Source: Zestosphaera tikiterensis
Lineage (GTDB): Archaea > Thermoproteota > Thermoprotei_A > Sulfolobales > NBVN01
Length of the DNA: 32,000 nucleotides
Direction: 5' to 3'
Assembly: GCA_003056265.1 (NCBI GenBank)
Contig: NBVN01000002.1
Coordinates: 612,032-644,031, forward strand
Shown: in pieces, positions 1 through 9,023 of the stretch
How positions within the stretch are numbered: position 1 is the first letter of the stretch
How the letters are laid out: the number at the start of each line of letters is the position of its first letter
Program-made: the position numbers and the translations under genes
The notes under the pieces: model-generated
Seen by the model: the letters and a program-made list of their open reading frames with translations, nothing else
Told to the model about the DNA's origin: nothing
The model's database searches: none

Positions 1-91
1 CGCATTGATGTTCTTAACCTGCTAGATTTTTAGGAGGTTTTAGCTTTTTAAATTTTCTAAATCGCATGCTATAACCATTAAAAATTTATTA

Positions 92-835
92 ATGTCTAAA
101 CGGAAGTTTTACAGGGTAATGATGAAGAGGAATTTACGCGTCCCCAGCGATTTAAGTATTTTAGAATTTGAGATTAGGAAGCCTAGCCGTAGTTTCTTCG
201 GCAAGTTAAGTGAGGTTAGTTCTTCAACGTTAAACTTAGAGGTCGTGAAAATTCCCGATTCTGAAAACTACGTTGTGTTTGGTTATTCCTTCAGCAAAGA
301 CCTTGATAAGTACATAGATAGCGTTAAATTCATGACGAGCGTTCCTAGGAATCACATAAGGAAGTTTAGGTATTGGAGGGATGGTAAGTTAGTTTATATG
401 ATGGCCTTGAAGTCTAAATGTGATTTTATTCAGTTAGCTGAAGAGAATAAAGTGAGTATTCTATCTCCTTACGTGTTCGATAAGGGAATTAGGAAATATC
501 TCGTGTTAGGCAATACAGCTAACTTAAGTAGGTATAGGGAAAGTGTTAGCGAGTTTTACGGTGAATCTAATGTATATTCAAGACCTATTAGCTTTACAGA
601 ACATTTAAGCATGTCGTTATCTAAGAGGGTTGCTTTCTCTGTGATCTCAGACAAGCTAACGACGAATGAGGTCGAGGTGTTAAAACATGCGTTTATTTCC
701 GGCTACTTTGACTACCCAAAGCAGATAACTTTAGACGCTCTAGCTTCATCACTAGGGCTTTCTAAAGTTACTGTAGATATACACATAAGGAAAGCCGTTA
801 GGAAAATCCTTGAGGAAATGTTGAAAGTTGCTTAA
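92..835 (+). CDS. Putative transcription regulator with C-terminal HTH_10 (Bat-type) helix-turn-helix domain
   Basis: 247-aa ORF. The C-terminal segment LTTNEVEVLKHAFISGYFDYPKQITLDALASSLGLSKVTVDIHIRKAVRKIL fits the HTH_10 pattern (LT..e.e.L..A...GYfd.P....l..lA..lg.s..t...hlRkA..ki). An AT-rich TATA-like box (tttttaaatt, ~45-54) lies about 40 nt upstream. The N-terminal domain is not recognised. Confidence 0.65.
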   Translation: MSKRKFYRVMMKRNLRVPSDLSILEFEIRKPSRSFFGKLSEVSSSTLNLEVVKIPDSENYVVFGYSFSKDLDKYIDSVKFMTSVPRNHIRKFRYWRDGKLVYMMALKSKCDFIQLAEENKVSILSPYVFDKGIRKYLVLGNTANLSRYRESVSEFYGESNVYSRPISFTEHLSMSLSKRVAFSVISDKLTTNEVEVLKHAFISGYFDYPKQITLDALASSLGLSKVTVDIHIRKAVRKILEEMLKVA

Positions 836-887
836 GAGCCACACCTTTTAAATAAAAAAATATAAATGAATGGGTTTTTAAGCAATG

Positions 888-1385
888 TTAGATCTCACTT
901 AGCAAGCCTTCTAAGGTTTGCCTGACCTTAGCTAGCTTCTCCTTCAACGTCGTGACTTCAGCTTTAAGCTCATTGATTACTTTCTCCTGCTCTTCTAACT
1001 TCTTAGTTAACTCACGCACTTTAGACTCAACATGCTCTGTTGTTGGTAGAGGCAGTTGAATTTCTAACCTACCGTTTTTCTGCCTTAATAACTCGTAAGT
1101 TTCTTTAATTATTTTCCCGGCCTCTGTCTTCCCAGTTAAGTGGTTTCTAATCGTTGATTCTGTCCTACCTAACTCCTCAGCTATCTTGGCTGTTGAATAC
1201 CCGGCCCTATCCCTAGCTAAAGCTCCAGCAGCTATAACTAGAGAGTCTAGCCACGTCAACCTATCCTCAGCCGACCTTATCTTCTCCAACACGTCGGGCC
1301 TGAATAGCGTTCCGAAGAGGAGAGCTAATTCAAGCTTACGGACTTCCTCCTTACCTAAAGGTTTTAAAGGTATTTCCTCACTCAT
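888..1385 (-). CDS. Small HTH protein with C-terminal coiled coil, translationally coupled to the upstream KaiC-like ATPase
   Basis: 165-aa ORF. A helix-turn-helix-like segment (YSTAKIAEELGRTESTIRNHLTGKT) is followed by a heptad-rich tail (KVRELTKKLEEQEKVINELKAEVTTLKEKLAKVRQTLE). The start ATG (1385-1383, minus strand) shares one base with the TAA stop of the KaiC-like gene (TAATG). Confidence 0.65.
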   Translation of the reverse strand: MSEEIPLKPLGKEEVRKLELALLFGTLFRPDVLEKIRSAEDRLTWLDSLVIAAGALARDRAGYSTAKIAEELGRTESTIRNHLTGKTEAGKIIKETYELLRQKNGRLEIQLPLPTTEHVESKVRELTKKLEEQEKVINELKAEVTTLKEKLAKVRQTLEGLLSEI

Positions 1386-2146
1386 TACTCAACACCTCCG
1401 TAAATAACCGACCTACCTAAGGACTTAACGACCTTACCTACGTTGATTACGACTCCCCTATCCGATATTTCAAAGGGGTGTCTCCTCATATCGTGTTTAG
1501 TACCGCGCATCTTCCAAATAATTATCGACCTAACCAACTCACCGTCGATTTCATCCAGATCCAACCTAATTATCCCGTCAACAGCGTGTTCAACGCCGGG
1601 ACCTCCAAAACCCCTCTCAGTAACGCTTACTTGAGAGACTAGAAACGCCGTAACGCCTAAACCGGATAGCATCCTCTTAAGCTGCATTAAGACGTTCCTA
1701 GCGACTGAAGGCTTCGTTAAGTAAAGCGTTGAGACGGAGTCTATAACGGCTCTCTGAGCTCTGATATCCTTTAAAGCCTGCCTAGCAACATCAACGAACT
1801 CACCAATATCGTCAACGCTTTTAACGACGTAACGCTCTTTTTTAGCGGCTTCCCCAATACCTCCGGTGAAGGCATCGACAACCGCGAAAAGCCCTTCATC
1901 CTCATATTTCCTAACGTCCCAACCGAACTCAGCCATATTCCTCCTAACCTGCGCTGGATGCTCCTCCAAAGTAACTAAAACTCCAGGTTCACCTAAGCTA
2001 AGACCGTAATATAGGTATTGCTGACTGAAGATCGTCTTACCCGTGCCGGGCCCTCCAGAAATTAAAACTATATTCCTCTTAGGTATGCCTCCATTAAGCA
2101 ACTCATCAAGTCCTGGAATACCACTCTTAACCCTTTCTATAACCAC
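1385..2146 (-). CDS. Single-domain KaiC/RadA-paralog (aRadC-type) RecA-superfamily ATPase
   Basis: 253-aa ORF. It begins with [30 protein letters not shown] (KaiC-type N-terminus plus Walker A). A hydrophobic strand plus Asp (AVIDSVS) serves as Walker B. Length and layout are typical of archaeal single-domain KaiC-like proteins. Confidence 0.85.
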   Translation of the reverse strand: MVIERVKSGIPGLDELLNGGIPKRNIVLISGGPGTGKTIFSQQYLYYGLSLGEPGVLVTLEEHPAQVRRNMAEFGWDVRKYEDEGLFAVVDAFTGGIGEAAKKERYVVKSVDDIGEFVDVARQALKDIRAQRAVIDSVSTLYLTKPSVARNVLMQLKRMLSGLGVTAFLVSQVSVTERGFGGPGVEHAVDGIIRLDLDEIDGELVRSIIIWKMRGTKHDMRRHPFEISDRGVVINVGKVVKSLGRSVIYGGVE

Positions 2147-2270
2147 TTTTCAACTCCCAATATATATTACATAATGTTATTTAAATTTAATTTATAGAAA
2201 GCAACGATTACGTAGCACCTATAGCGAAGGTAAGAAGAACAAAATTTAAAACATTGCTGGAATCTATATC
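2147..2270. promoter_or_regulatory. AT-rich divergent promoter region between the KaiC-like gene and the S9 peptidase gene
   Basis: Several TATA-like elements (atatatatta, ttatttaaatttaatttataga) lie between divergently oriented genes. No transcription start site can be determined from sequence alone. Confidence 0.35.
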
Positions 2271-2367
2271 GTGGTGATTAAAAACGGCTGAAGATGTTTT
2301 AGTTAAGGAGTTAGCATCTATAGTTAACGTACCTAGATATAGTTTAATCGGCTTAACACACAACTAC

Positions 2368-4050
2368 ATGGTTTTCGGATCTACAGCAGAGGGAGTATAC
2401 AACTTATATGCTTTAAACCTCTCTAAGGGGGAAACGTTTAAAATAACTAAGGAGCCACCTCACTTATATGCTAAGACCTCACGCATATCGCCTTACGTAG
2501 TTTACACGTTAGATGTTTCTAAAGGGTTTGAGTTAGTTAAGTTGTACGCCATTAACTTAAACACTCTAGAGTTGGTTGACGTCTCTAGAGAGGTTCCGCC
2601 GCAGAGGGTTGTGGGTGTGGGTTTCGACGGCGTTAGGGTTGCCTGGTCCGGGTCGACCAAGGAGGCTGCGGGTATTTACCTAACTAAGGTTCCTGATGGG
2701 GAGCCTGAACTTATAGCTAAGACTAAAGGGAGGGAATTCGTTACTGACGTGAGTGGGAACTATATCGTGGGTTTCGGTCATTTACGTGATAATCCATACT
2801 CTATGGAGATATTCGTCATAGACCTAAAAAGCAACGAGTTTAAAGTGGTGACGCCTAAGGAAGGCTCGACCAACACCTCACCTAGGATTAAAGATAATGA
2901 CGTGTTCTTCGTAAGCGATTTTAAAACTTTAGATAAGGAGAGACTTTATTCATTTAACGTAAGCTCTGAAGAGTTTAAAGACGTTACGTTTGAAAGCAGT
3001 GACTTAATTGCTTACGACCCTACAGAGATAGTTAACTACGGCTGGAGCGATGCCGGTGAGTTATGGGTTATAGGTAAGAGAGACGGTAGGACTAAACTCT
3101 TCTTAAACGGGAGGGAGATACCGACACCTAAAGGCTTTATAACGGACGCAGATTTATATGAAGGTAAGGCCTACATAGCGTTTTCATCGCTTAAGGAACC
3201 TCCTAAAATAGCGTCGGTAGACCTAACGTCGGGTGAGGTTAAGGTAGTTATAGATAATAAGTTACCTGAGGAGATCTCTAAGAAGTTTGGTGAGGTTTTA
3301 TTCGTTAGGTTTAGGTCCTTCGACGGCTTGGAAATACCTACGTATGTGCTTAAAAACGCTGAAGTCAGCGCTCCAGGACCTACGGTTATTTACCCACATG
3401 GAGGTCCTTGGTCTGAAGTAGCTGATTCCTGGTCTTCATTCATAGCAGCTTTAACTGTCTTAGGCTATCACGTCGTAGCTCCAAACTTTAGAGGCTCGAC
3501 GGGATATGGCGAAAGCTTTAGGAAGCTTGATTTAGGGGATCCCGGCGGTGGTGACCTTCTAGACGTGGTTTACGCTAGGGATTGGGCTGTGAAAGCCGGT
3601 ATAGCTAGAGAGGACAGCGTTTGCATCGTAGGCTATAGCTACGGAGGGTATATGACGTTCATAGCTATGACTAAATACCCCGACTTATGGAGGTGTGGGG
3701 TTGCTGGAGCTGGAGTAACTGATTGGAGGGAAGATTACGAGTTAGCTGACGCCTACTTTAAGAAATTTGATGAGATTCTCTTCGCGGGTAAGCTAGAGCT
3801 CTTCGAGGAGAGGTCCCCAATAACCTACGTAGAGAACACTAAAGCACCGATATGTATAATACACCCTCAAAACGACAGTAGATGCCCGCTTAAACCGGTT
3901 ATGAAGTTCGCCTTTAAGCTAATGGAGCTAGGCAAACCCTTCGAACTACACGTAGTGCCGGAGATAGGGCATGCTATAAGTCTCGACAACAAAAGCCTAC
4001 TGAAATTCTTCATATACACAGGCATGTTCTTAAAGAAACACCTAACGTAG
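2368..4050 (+). CDS. S9 family serine peptidase (prolyl oligopeptidase / acylaminoacyl-peptidase-like): beta-propeller plus alpha/beta-hydrolase domain
   Basis: 560-aa ORF. Features are the nucleophile elbow GYSYGG, an Asp region (HPQNDSRCP) and the His motif EIGHAIS in canonical S9 order. The N-terminal ~330 aa are beta-rich and propeller-like. The true start may lie upstream (see finding). Confidence 0.85.
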   Translation: MVFGSTAEGVYNLYALNLSKGETFKITKEPPHLYAKTSRISPYVVYTLDVSKGFELVKLYAINLNTLELVDVSREVPPQRVVGVGFDGVRVAWSGSTKEAAGIYLTKVPDGEPELIAKTKGREFVTDVSGNYIVGFGHLRDNPYSMEIFVIDLKSNEFKVVTPKEGSTNTSPRIKDNDVFFVSDFKTLDKERLYSFNVSSEEFKDVTFESSDLIAYDPTEIVNYGWSDAGELWVIGKRDGRTKLFLNGREIPTPKGFITDADLYEGKAYIAFSSLKEPPKIASVDLTSGEVKVVIDNKLPEEISKKFGEVLFVRFRSFDGLEIPTYVLKNAEVSAPGPTVIYPHGGPWSEVADSWSSFIAALTVLGYHVVAPNFRGSTGYGESFRKLDLGDPGGGDLLDVVYARDWAVKAGIAREDSVCIVGYSYGGYMTFIAMTKYPDLWRCGVAGAGVTDWREDYELADAYFKKFDEILFAGKLELFEERSPITYVENTKAPICIIHPQNDSRCPLKPVMKFAFKLMELGKPFELHVVPEIGHAISLDNKSLLKFFIYTGMFLKKHLT

Positions 4051-4100
4051 AAGCCGTAGCGCATTCTATATAATTTCTTGATATTCTCAAATATTCTTAA

Positions 4101-4391
4101 TCACTTTCCTCTTGAAGCGTTGTAATCAACTAAGGCTGGAAAACTAGCACGACTACCGGCCGCTATAACCCTCACTAAAGTCTTCGAACCTTTACCAACG
4201 ACCGTAGTAAAAGCTGTAAGGTGCCTACCCGTCCTAAGAAACGCTTTCTCACCTAAAGCTACAGCTATCTTAGGACTTGAGCTTAAAACCTCTAGAAAGA
4301 TGTTCGAAGCCTCATCTACTTCCTCAAGAGCTCTAACTACCTCAGCAAAAGAAGTTTTAAACCTAACCAACATTCCATGAGCTAAAACCAT
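4101..4391 (-). CDS. Hypothetical small protein (96 aa)
   Basis: Only ORF that fills this gap, on the same strand as the AOR operon, with normal-looking amino-acid composition. No motif recognised. Confidence 0.4.
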   Translation of the reverse strand: MVLAHGMLVRFKTSFAEVVRALEEVDEASNIFLEVLSSSPKIAVALGEKAFLRTGRHLTAFTTVVGKGSKTLVRVIAAGSRASFPALVDYNASRGK

Positions 4392-4487
4392 ATCTCATCT
4401 AGGCATTAATCACTCTTAACTTTATAAGCGTAAATTAAGAAGCTCGTAAGTTCCCTATTACTGACGTTCATCAACTTTACGTGATTA

Positions 4488-4736
4488 TTATCCGCCGCGA
4501 TAAACCTTCACAACAAAAACTTCAGAAACTTCACAAACGTTTTTGCTTTCATCCACTAATCTTCCGTCGCTAGTTACTAAGGTTATGTCTTCAAGGTTTG
4601 TGGGTATGTTAAAACTTCTTAATACTTTATCTACTACAGCATGTATGGGTAGGCACTCACTTAGCTGTAGGCAGTACTTCTCCCCTAACACGGCGGCTAA
4701 GTTGCCGCGGAATTTTAAGCAGAAGGATACGTTCAT
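4488..4736 (-). CDS. MoaD/ThiS-family ubiquitin-like beta-grasp protein with C-terminal diglycine
   Basis: 82-aa ORF ending ...VVKVYRGG-stop, the diglycine terminus typical of MoaD/ThiS/SAMP sulfur carriers. Its start lies 4 nt after the AOR stop codon, indicating the same operon. Confidence 0.6.
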   Translation of the reverse strand: MNVSFCLKFRGNLAAVLGEKYCLQLSECLPIHAVVDKVLRSFNIPTNLEDITLVTSDGRLVDESKNVCEVSEVFVVKVYRGG

Positions 4737-4740
4737 ATTA

Positions 4741-6594
4741 TCACGTAGTGAGTTCCTTCCTTAAGTTCCTAACGACTTCTACGGCGTCGTAAAGCCCTAA
4801 CTTCTTAAGGGTTTCTTCAGTCGGTATCCCGAGTTCGTCCCAACCTAGGCTTAAGTAATATTCCTTAAGTTTGGATTTAACCTCCTCAGAATCCCCTTTG
4901 GCTCCTTTGTAAGGTCCGGAAGGTAATGGTTCGTAAAACCTCGGCGGGTTGTCATCGTGTTTTCTGGGGTCCCAAACCACGTCCGATCCTCCGAGTAGGA
5001 GAAGTATGCGTTGTAGAGATAGTATGCGAGGCGCTATAACGCCGTAGAACTCCTCCTTACTTAAGTTCCACCCCGTTACGGCGTTTAAGTACTTTATCAT
5101 GGTGGTGTCGTCTATGGCCGTGAACATACATACTACACCGCTATCTATGAGCACAGCCCAAGCCTCGGATTCCTCGCTATTCGCTGGCAAGCCAGCTACC
5201 GACGTGTGATCACCGCCTTGAACTGAGGCAGCGTAAGCTATAGGTTGCGGGTAGTCCTTCCTACTTCTAATTCCGTGTGCGCCAACACCCACGCCCTTAA
5301 CCTGCACCGCGTATTGAAGCAATTCATCAACGCCCACCTTCTTAAGCTCAGCTATTTTCAACGCAGCTCTGTAGGTCCCCTCAGCTAAAACAGCTCCAAA
5401 CCCCCTCCTGAAAGCTACGTCTTCAAGCAACCTACTCAAGCATTTGAAATCACCCCAGCTTAACTCATAACCTAAATCCTCCCTGCTTAAGTACCCCCTC
5501 TCATAAAGCTCTAACGCAAACCCTAACGCATTACCTGTTTGAATACCGCATAACCCAAGCTCGTCGGCTAGCGACGATAACGCAGTAGCTTCCTCAACTT
5601 TAAACACACCTAAATTACTCCCTAAATACGCACCCATCTCATAATCGGGGCCGTCCGTATAGTAGGTCTTACCATCTATCGAGACCTTACTAACTTTCAT
5701 GCACGCTAGCGGGCAACCCCAATCAGCCCACGGATTCTTAACCCAGTACTTCCTCTCCATAACCACGTGGCTAAATTCGGTGTTATCATGCCATTCCTCA
5801 ATCCAGTTCTTTATCGGTTCGGAGCTGGTGTCATGGCCTGTCGACCATAACCCAGCCGTGGTACCCCACTGCCTAAACGTCTTCCTCTGGGAGACCTTAT
5901 CCAGGACTTCATACCTTAGTTTGAGGAATTCCTCAGGGTTGGCAACCTTAGGTAGGGGGCCTGAACCCTTAACGACTATAGCCTTCAGTTTTTTAGAGCC
6001 CATAACCGCTCCGTAACCTCCGTAACCAGCTGCGTGGAACCACCTACTCATCACCACGGAAGTTCTAACGAGGTTCTCCCCCGCTGGGCCTATGTAAAGT
6101 GAGGGTAGGTCACGACCTAAGTCCTTCCTTAAAGCTTCAAGGAATTCAGAACCTTTTAAACCCCATAACCTTCCAGCATCTCTAACCTCTACTTTATCGT
6201 CCTCCACGTATATGTAGACAGGGTCTTTAGAAGCTCCCCTAACTATTAAGCCGTCGTAACCCGCTGATTTCAACGCGTAAGCAACGTCGGTTGATATGGC
6301 TGAACCAACGACGCCGTTGCTTTGAGGGCTCTTACCCGAAACCACCAGCTTAATACCTGGGTAGTACCCAGTTAGAGGTCCGGTCATGACTATCAATAAG
6401 TTCTCGGGGCTTAACGGATCTACTTGACGCCACTTCCTCCCCAACTCCCTCCAGAGGATGTACGTAGCTAAACCCCTACCGCCTAAGAACATCCTGTATG
6501 TGATTCTATGCACTTTACTTACTGAGGTTTTCCCCGTGCTTAAATCCACGTCCAGTAAGTTGCCTGTTAAGCCGAAGTAGCTCAACCTACTCAC
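4741..6594 (-). CDS. aor: Aldehyde:ferredoxin oxidoreductase family tungstopterin enzyme
   Basis: 617-aa ORF. It has the N-terminal AOR signature (LLDVDLSTGK...FLGGRGLATYILW), typical AOR length, and conserved internal blocks (GPAGENLVR, YGGYGAVMGSKKLKAIVV, ADELGLCGIQTGN, GGDHT). Confidence 0.9.
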   Translation of the reverse strand: MSRLSYFGLTGNLLDVDLSTGKTSVSKVHRITYRMFLGGRGLATYILWRELGRKWRQVDPLSPENLLIVMTGPLTGYYPGIKLVVSGKSPQSNGVVGSAISTDVAYALKSAGYDGLIVRGASKDPVYIYVEDDKVEVRDAGRLWGLKGSEFLEALRKDLGRDLPSLYIGPAGENLVRTSVVMSRWFHAAGYGGYGAVMGSKKLKAIVVKGSGPLPKVANPEEFLKLRYEVLDKVSQRKTFRQWGTTAGLWSTGHDTSSEPIKNWIEEWHDNTEFSHVVMERKYWVKNPWADWGCPLACMKVSKVSIDGKTYYTDGPDYEMGAYLGSNLGVFKVEEATALSSLADELGLCGIQTGNALGFALELYERGYLSREDLGYELSWGDFKCLSRLLEDVAFRRGFGAVLAEGTYRAALKIAELKKVGVDELLQYAVQVKGVGVGAHGIRSRKDYPQPIAYAASVQGGDHTSVAGLPANSEESEAWAVLIDSGVVCMFTAIDDTTMIKYLNAVTGWNLSKEEFYGVIAPRILSLQRILLLLGGSDVVWDPRKHDDNPPRFYEPLPSGPYKGAKGDSEEVKSKLKEYYLSLGWDELGIPTEETLKKLGLYDAVEVVRNLRKELTT

Positions 6595-7099
6595 CTCCTA
6601 AGACGCGTTCTTTAAGGTCTTCAGCTATTACTTCAGGTGGTTTAGCATAAAGCTTTATAGTCGTGCTTGAAGGCTTTTTAATAAGTTTTAAAGCGTTATA
6701 TCCAACTCTAGAACATTCCTTAACGCATGCTGGATCCCCACCACATAAGTCACATATGATTACGTAGCTAAACCCCTTAACTATCCTAGGTATTCCCCCA
6801 GGACATGCTTTAACGCAGTTACCGCATAAAGTACATAAAGCAGAATCAACCAATACAGCCCCACTTACATCACTAACTTTTAAAGCTTTCGTAGGGCATG
6901 AAGCAACGCATGGGTAGTCCGGACACTGCACACATACTTGAGGGACGGGAACCCCAGGGTATGGCTCAAACACTTTAATTCTTGAGGCGTCAGGCCATAT
7001 AAGGCCTTCATGCTTTAACGTGCAGGCGATCTCACATAATCTACAGCCTGTGCATAAGTTATAATCTATCAATATCCACACCTGACTTGATGCCGACAT
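6587..7099 (-). CDS. Poly-[4Fe-4S] ferredoxin-like electron-transfer subunit of the AOR operon
   Basis: 170-aa ORF with four Cys clusters (CTGCRLCEIAC, CVQCPDYPCVASCP, CTLCGNCVKACP, CDLCGGDPACVKEC). It overlaps the AOR start by 8 nt. Confidence 0.85.
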   Translation of the reverse strand: MSASSQVWILIDYNLCTGCRLCEIACTLKHEGLIWPDASRIKVFEPYPGVPVPQVCVQCPDYPCVASCPTKALKVSDVSGAVLVDSALCTLCGNCVKACPGGIPRIVKGFSYVIICDLCGGDPACVKECSRVGYNALKLIKKPSSTTIKLYAKPPEVIAEDLKERVLGGE

Positions 7100-7187
7100 A
7101 TTAAATCACTAGTTTTTCTTATGTCATTAACGTATTTAAGCTTAACGAGGGCTTATTAACTTCCTATATAAGGAGTTTTTGTAGGTT

Positions 7188-8090
7188 GTGAGTATGTTTA
7201 ACCGCGTGCCAAACCCAAAGGAAAGAGTTGATTTAGTTGAGGTGGTTGTTCTAGCTGACGACTTCGCCGGCCATCACTACGGTTTCTTAGGACATCACGG
7301 AGTTTCATATTTCGTTCGAGTTCGTTACGGTGATTTAGAGAAGAAAATACTCTTCGACGTAGGTAGTCAAGCAGAACCCGTCATTCATAACATGAGGAGG
7401 TTAGGTATAGATCCTAAGGCTGTTGACTACATAGTTTTATCGCATAGTCATTACGACCACGTAGGCGGGTTGAAAGAGTTCCTAAGGCACGTAGGTAAAG
7501 AAACGCCAATCATAGCACATCCTGAAGTGTTTAAAACAAGCTTCTCTGTGGAGCCAGCACTACGTCTAGTCAGCCCTTCATGGGTTAAGGAAGAAGTTGA
7601 GAGCTTAGGCGGGAGGTTCATCCTAGTTAAGGAACCTCTAAAGATTATGCCCGGGGTTTGGGTCACTGGTGAGGTAAGGGATGATGAAAAGTTAGAAGTC
7701 GATAGGGGAGTTAGTTACGGGCTGTTTAAAGTAGGCGCTTATGGGGCGGTGGAGGAAGACTTAATAAATGAGGAGATCTCCTTAGCTATAAACACGACGT
7801 CGGGGTTGGTGGTTATTGTGGGGTGCAGCCATCCAGGAATAGCCAGCATAGTTGAGAAGTCGTCTAAACTCTTTAAGCAGGAAAAGGTACGGGCAGTTAT
7901 TGGGGGTTTCCACCTACTTAACGCTAACGAAGCTAGAGTAGAGGCTGTGGTGAATTACTTCAAAGTGAAAGGCGTCGAGCATATATACGCAGGTCATTGC
8001 ACAGGACTTAAAGCTGAGGCAAGATTCTTAAACGAATTCGGTGAAAGTTTTACGAAGCTCTACGCCGGCTTAACGATAAAGTTCCCGTAG
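7188..8090 (+). CDS. MBL-fold metallo-hydrolase
   Basis: 300-aa ORF with the HxHxDH motif (LSHSHYDHVGG) and later conserved His/Cys (GCSHPG, GGFHL, AGHCTG). The start could be GTG 7188 or ATG 7194. Confidence 0.8.
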   Translation: MSMFNRVPNPKERVDLVEVVVLADDFAGHHYGFLGHHGVSYFVRVRYGDLEKKILFDVGSQAEPVIHNMRRLGIDPKAVDYIVLSHSHYDHVGGLKEFLRHVGKETPIIAHPEVFKTSFSVEPALRLVSPSWVKEEVESLGGRFILVKEPLKIMPGVWVTGEVRDDEKLEVDRGVSYGLFKVGAYGAVEEDLINEEISLAINTTSGLVVIVGCSHPGIASIVEKSSKLFKQEKVRAVIGGFHLLNANEARVEAVVNYFKVKGVEHIYAGHCTGLKAEARFLNEFGESFTKLYAGLTIKFP

Positions 8091-8108
8091 GTTGATGCGG
8101 GTCTACGG

Positions 8109-8948
8109 CTACTTAACGTATACGTAGCTTACGTTTTTCTGAACGCATAAGTTAACGATCTCCGTCCTGTCTTCAGAACGCATCTTAGTTATTACGACTT
8201 TCTCCACCTTATCCGCGTTTCTTTCAAGTGCTTGAAGCGCTATATCCCTCAGCCTTTCCTTATGCTGCGTTAATTCGTTGATTGCGTACCTAGATATTAT
8301 ATGTCCGTAACACTCCCTTAACGTAAGCGCTCTCTCCGTGAATTGCTCAGCGTAGTGTGGGCCGCCGAAACCTACCGTAGGAACGCACTCAACAGGTGAG
8401 GCGTTAGTTAAAGCCGCGATTATGGCTTGCGCTAACGTCTCGTGAGCTTCGCTTAAACTCCATTCAAGCTCTGAAGAGCCTATCTCAACGAAAGTCAGCG
8501 GTTTTTTAACGTTTGTAGGTCCGTGATGCGTTACTTCATAAACCACTTTAAAGTCTGGTAAGGTGTTCACGGCTAACTTACTGATGTTCGTTAATATGCT
8601 GTAGGATATCCTAGGGTTTGAGTAGGCAAGCTCGTATGGGTTCCCACCAAATAACGCTTCGTTGGTTGGGTTCCCTGTATGATGCACTGTAAGTGATTTA
8701 ACACCTGAGCTTGCTGAATGCCTTGAAAGGATTATGAAGTACTCAGCCTCAGGCAGTACGTCATCGAGGAAGTTAAAGTATATTACGTCTTCGTTGAACT
8801 CAGCTAGTAAGGCGTCTATATCCTCAACATACCAAGCCCTTAACGCCTTACTTAAGCGGGCCTCCCTATACTTAAGGATTTTAAGAAGTGATTTAGCTAT
8901 TCCTGAACCAGCCGGGTCTATAGAGCTATACACCAGCGCCTTCATCAA
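8109..8948 (-). CDS. dtdA: Archaeal-type D-aminoacyl-tRNA deacylase (DTD2)
   Basis: 279-aa ORF. The N-terminus (MKALVYSSIDPAGSGIA) and the block LSRHSASSGVKSLTVHHTGNP match the archaeal DtdA pattern. Length is typical. Confidence 0.75.
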   Translation of the reverse strand: MMKALVYSSIDPAGSGIAKSLLKILKYREARLSKALRAWYVEDIDALLAEFNEDVIYFNFLDDVLPEAEYFIILSRHSASSGVKSLTVHHTGNPTNEALFGGNPYELAYSNPRISYSILTNISKLAVNTLPDFKVVYEVTHHGPTNVKKPLTFVEIGSSELEWSLSEAHETLAQAIIAALTNASPVECVPTVGFGGPHYAEQFTERALTLRECYGHIISRYAINELTQHKERLRDIALQALERNADKVEKVVITKMRSEDRTEIVNLCVQKNVSYVYVK

Positions 8949-9023
8949 ACCACACCACGTTAAACATGATGTACTGTGTAATTTAACGTAAGAAATAATA
9001 AAACTACGCCTTAAGACTATGTT

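Noticed and set aside
1186-1634. + strand ORFs 1186..1407 and 1443..1634
   Set aside because: They lie entirely antisense to the well-supported HTH/coiled-coil and KaiC-like genes. Their composition is Ser/Pro/Leu-rich shadow-frame, and there are no start signals.
4392-4487. Possible C/D-box sRNA (TGATGA on the minus strand near 4466)
   Set aside because: A C-box-like UGAUGA is present, but I could not find a matching terminal D box (CUGA) or a C'/D' pair at appropriate spacing.
3867-6016. ORFs 3867..4064 (-), 4543..4764 (+), 5699..6016 (+)
   Set aside because: These are antisense shadows of the S9 peptidase, MoaD-like and AOR genes, which all carry recognisable motifs. No independent support exists.
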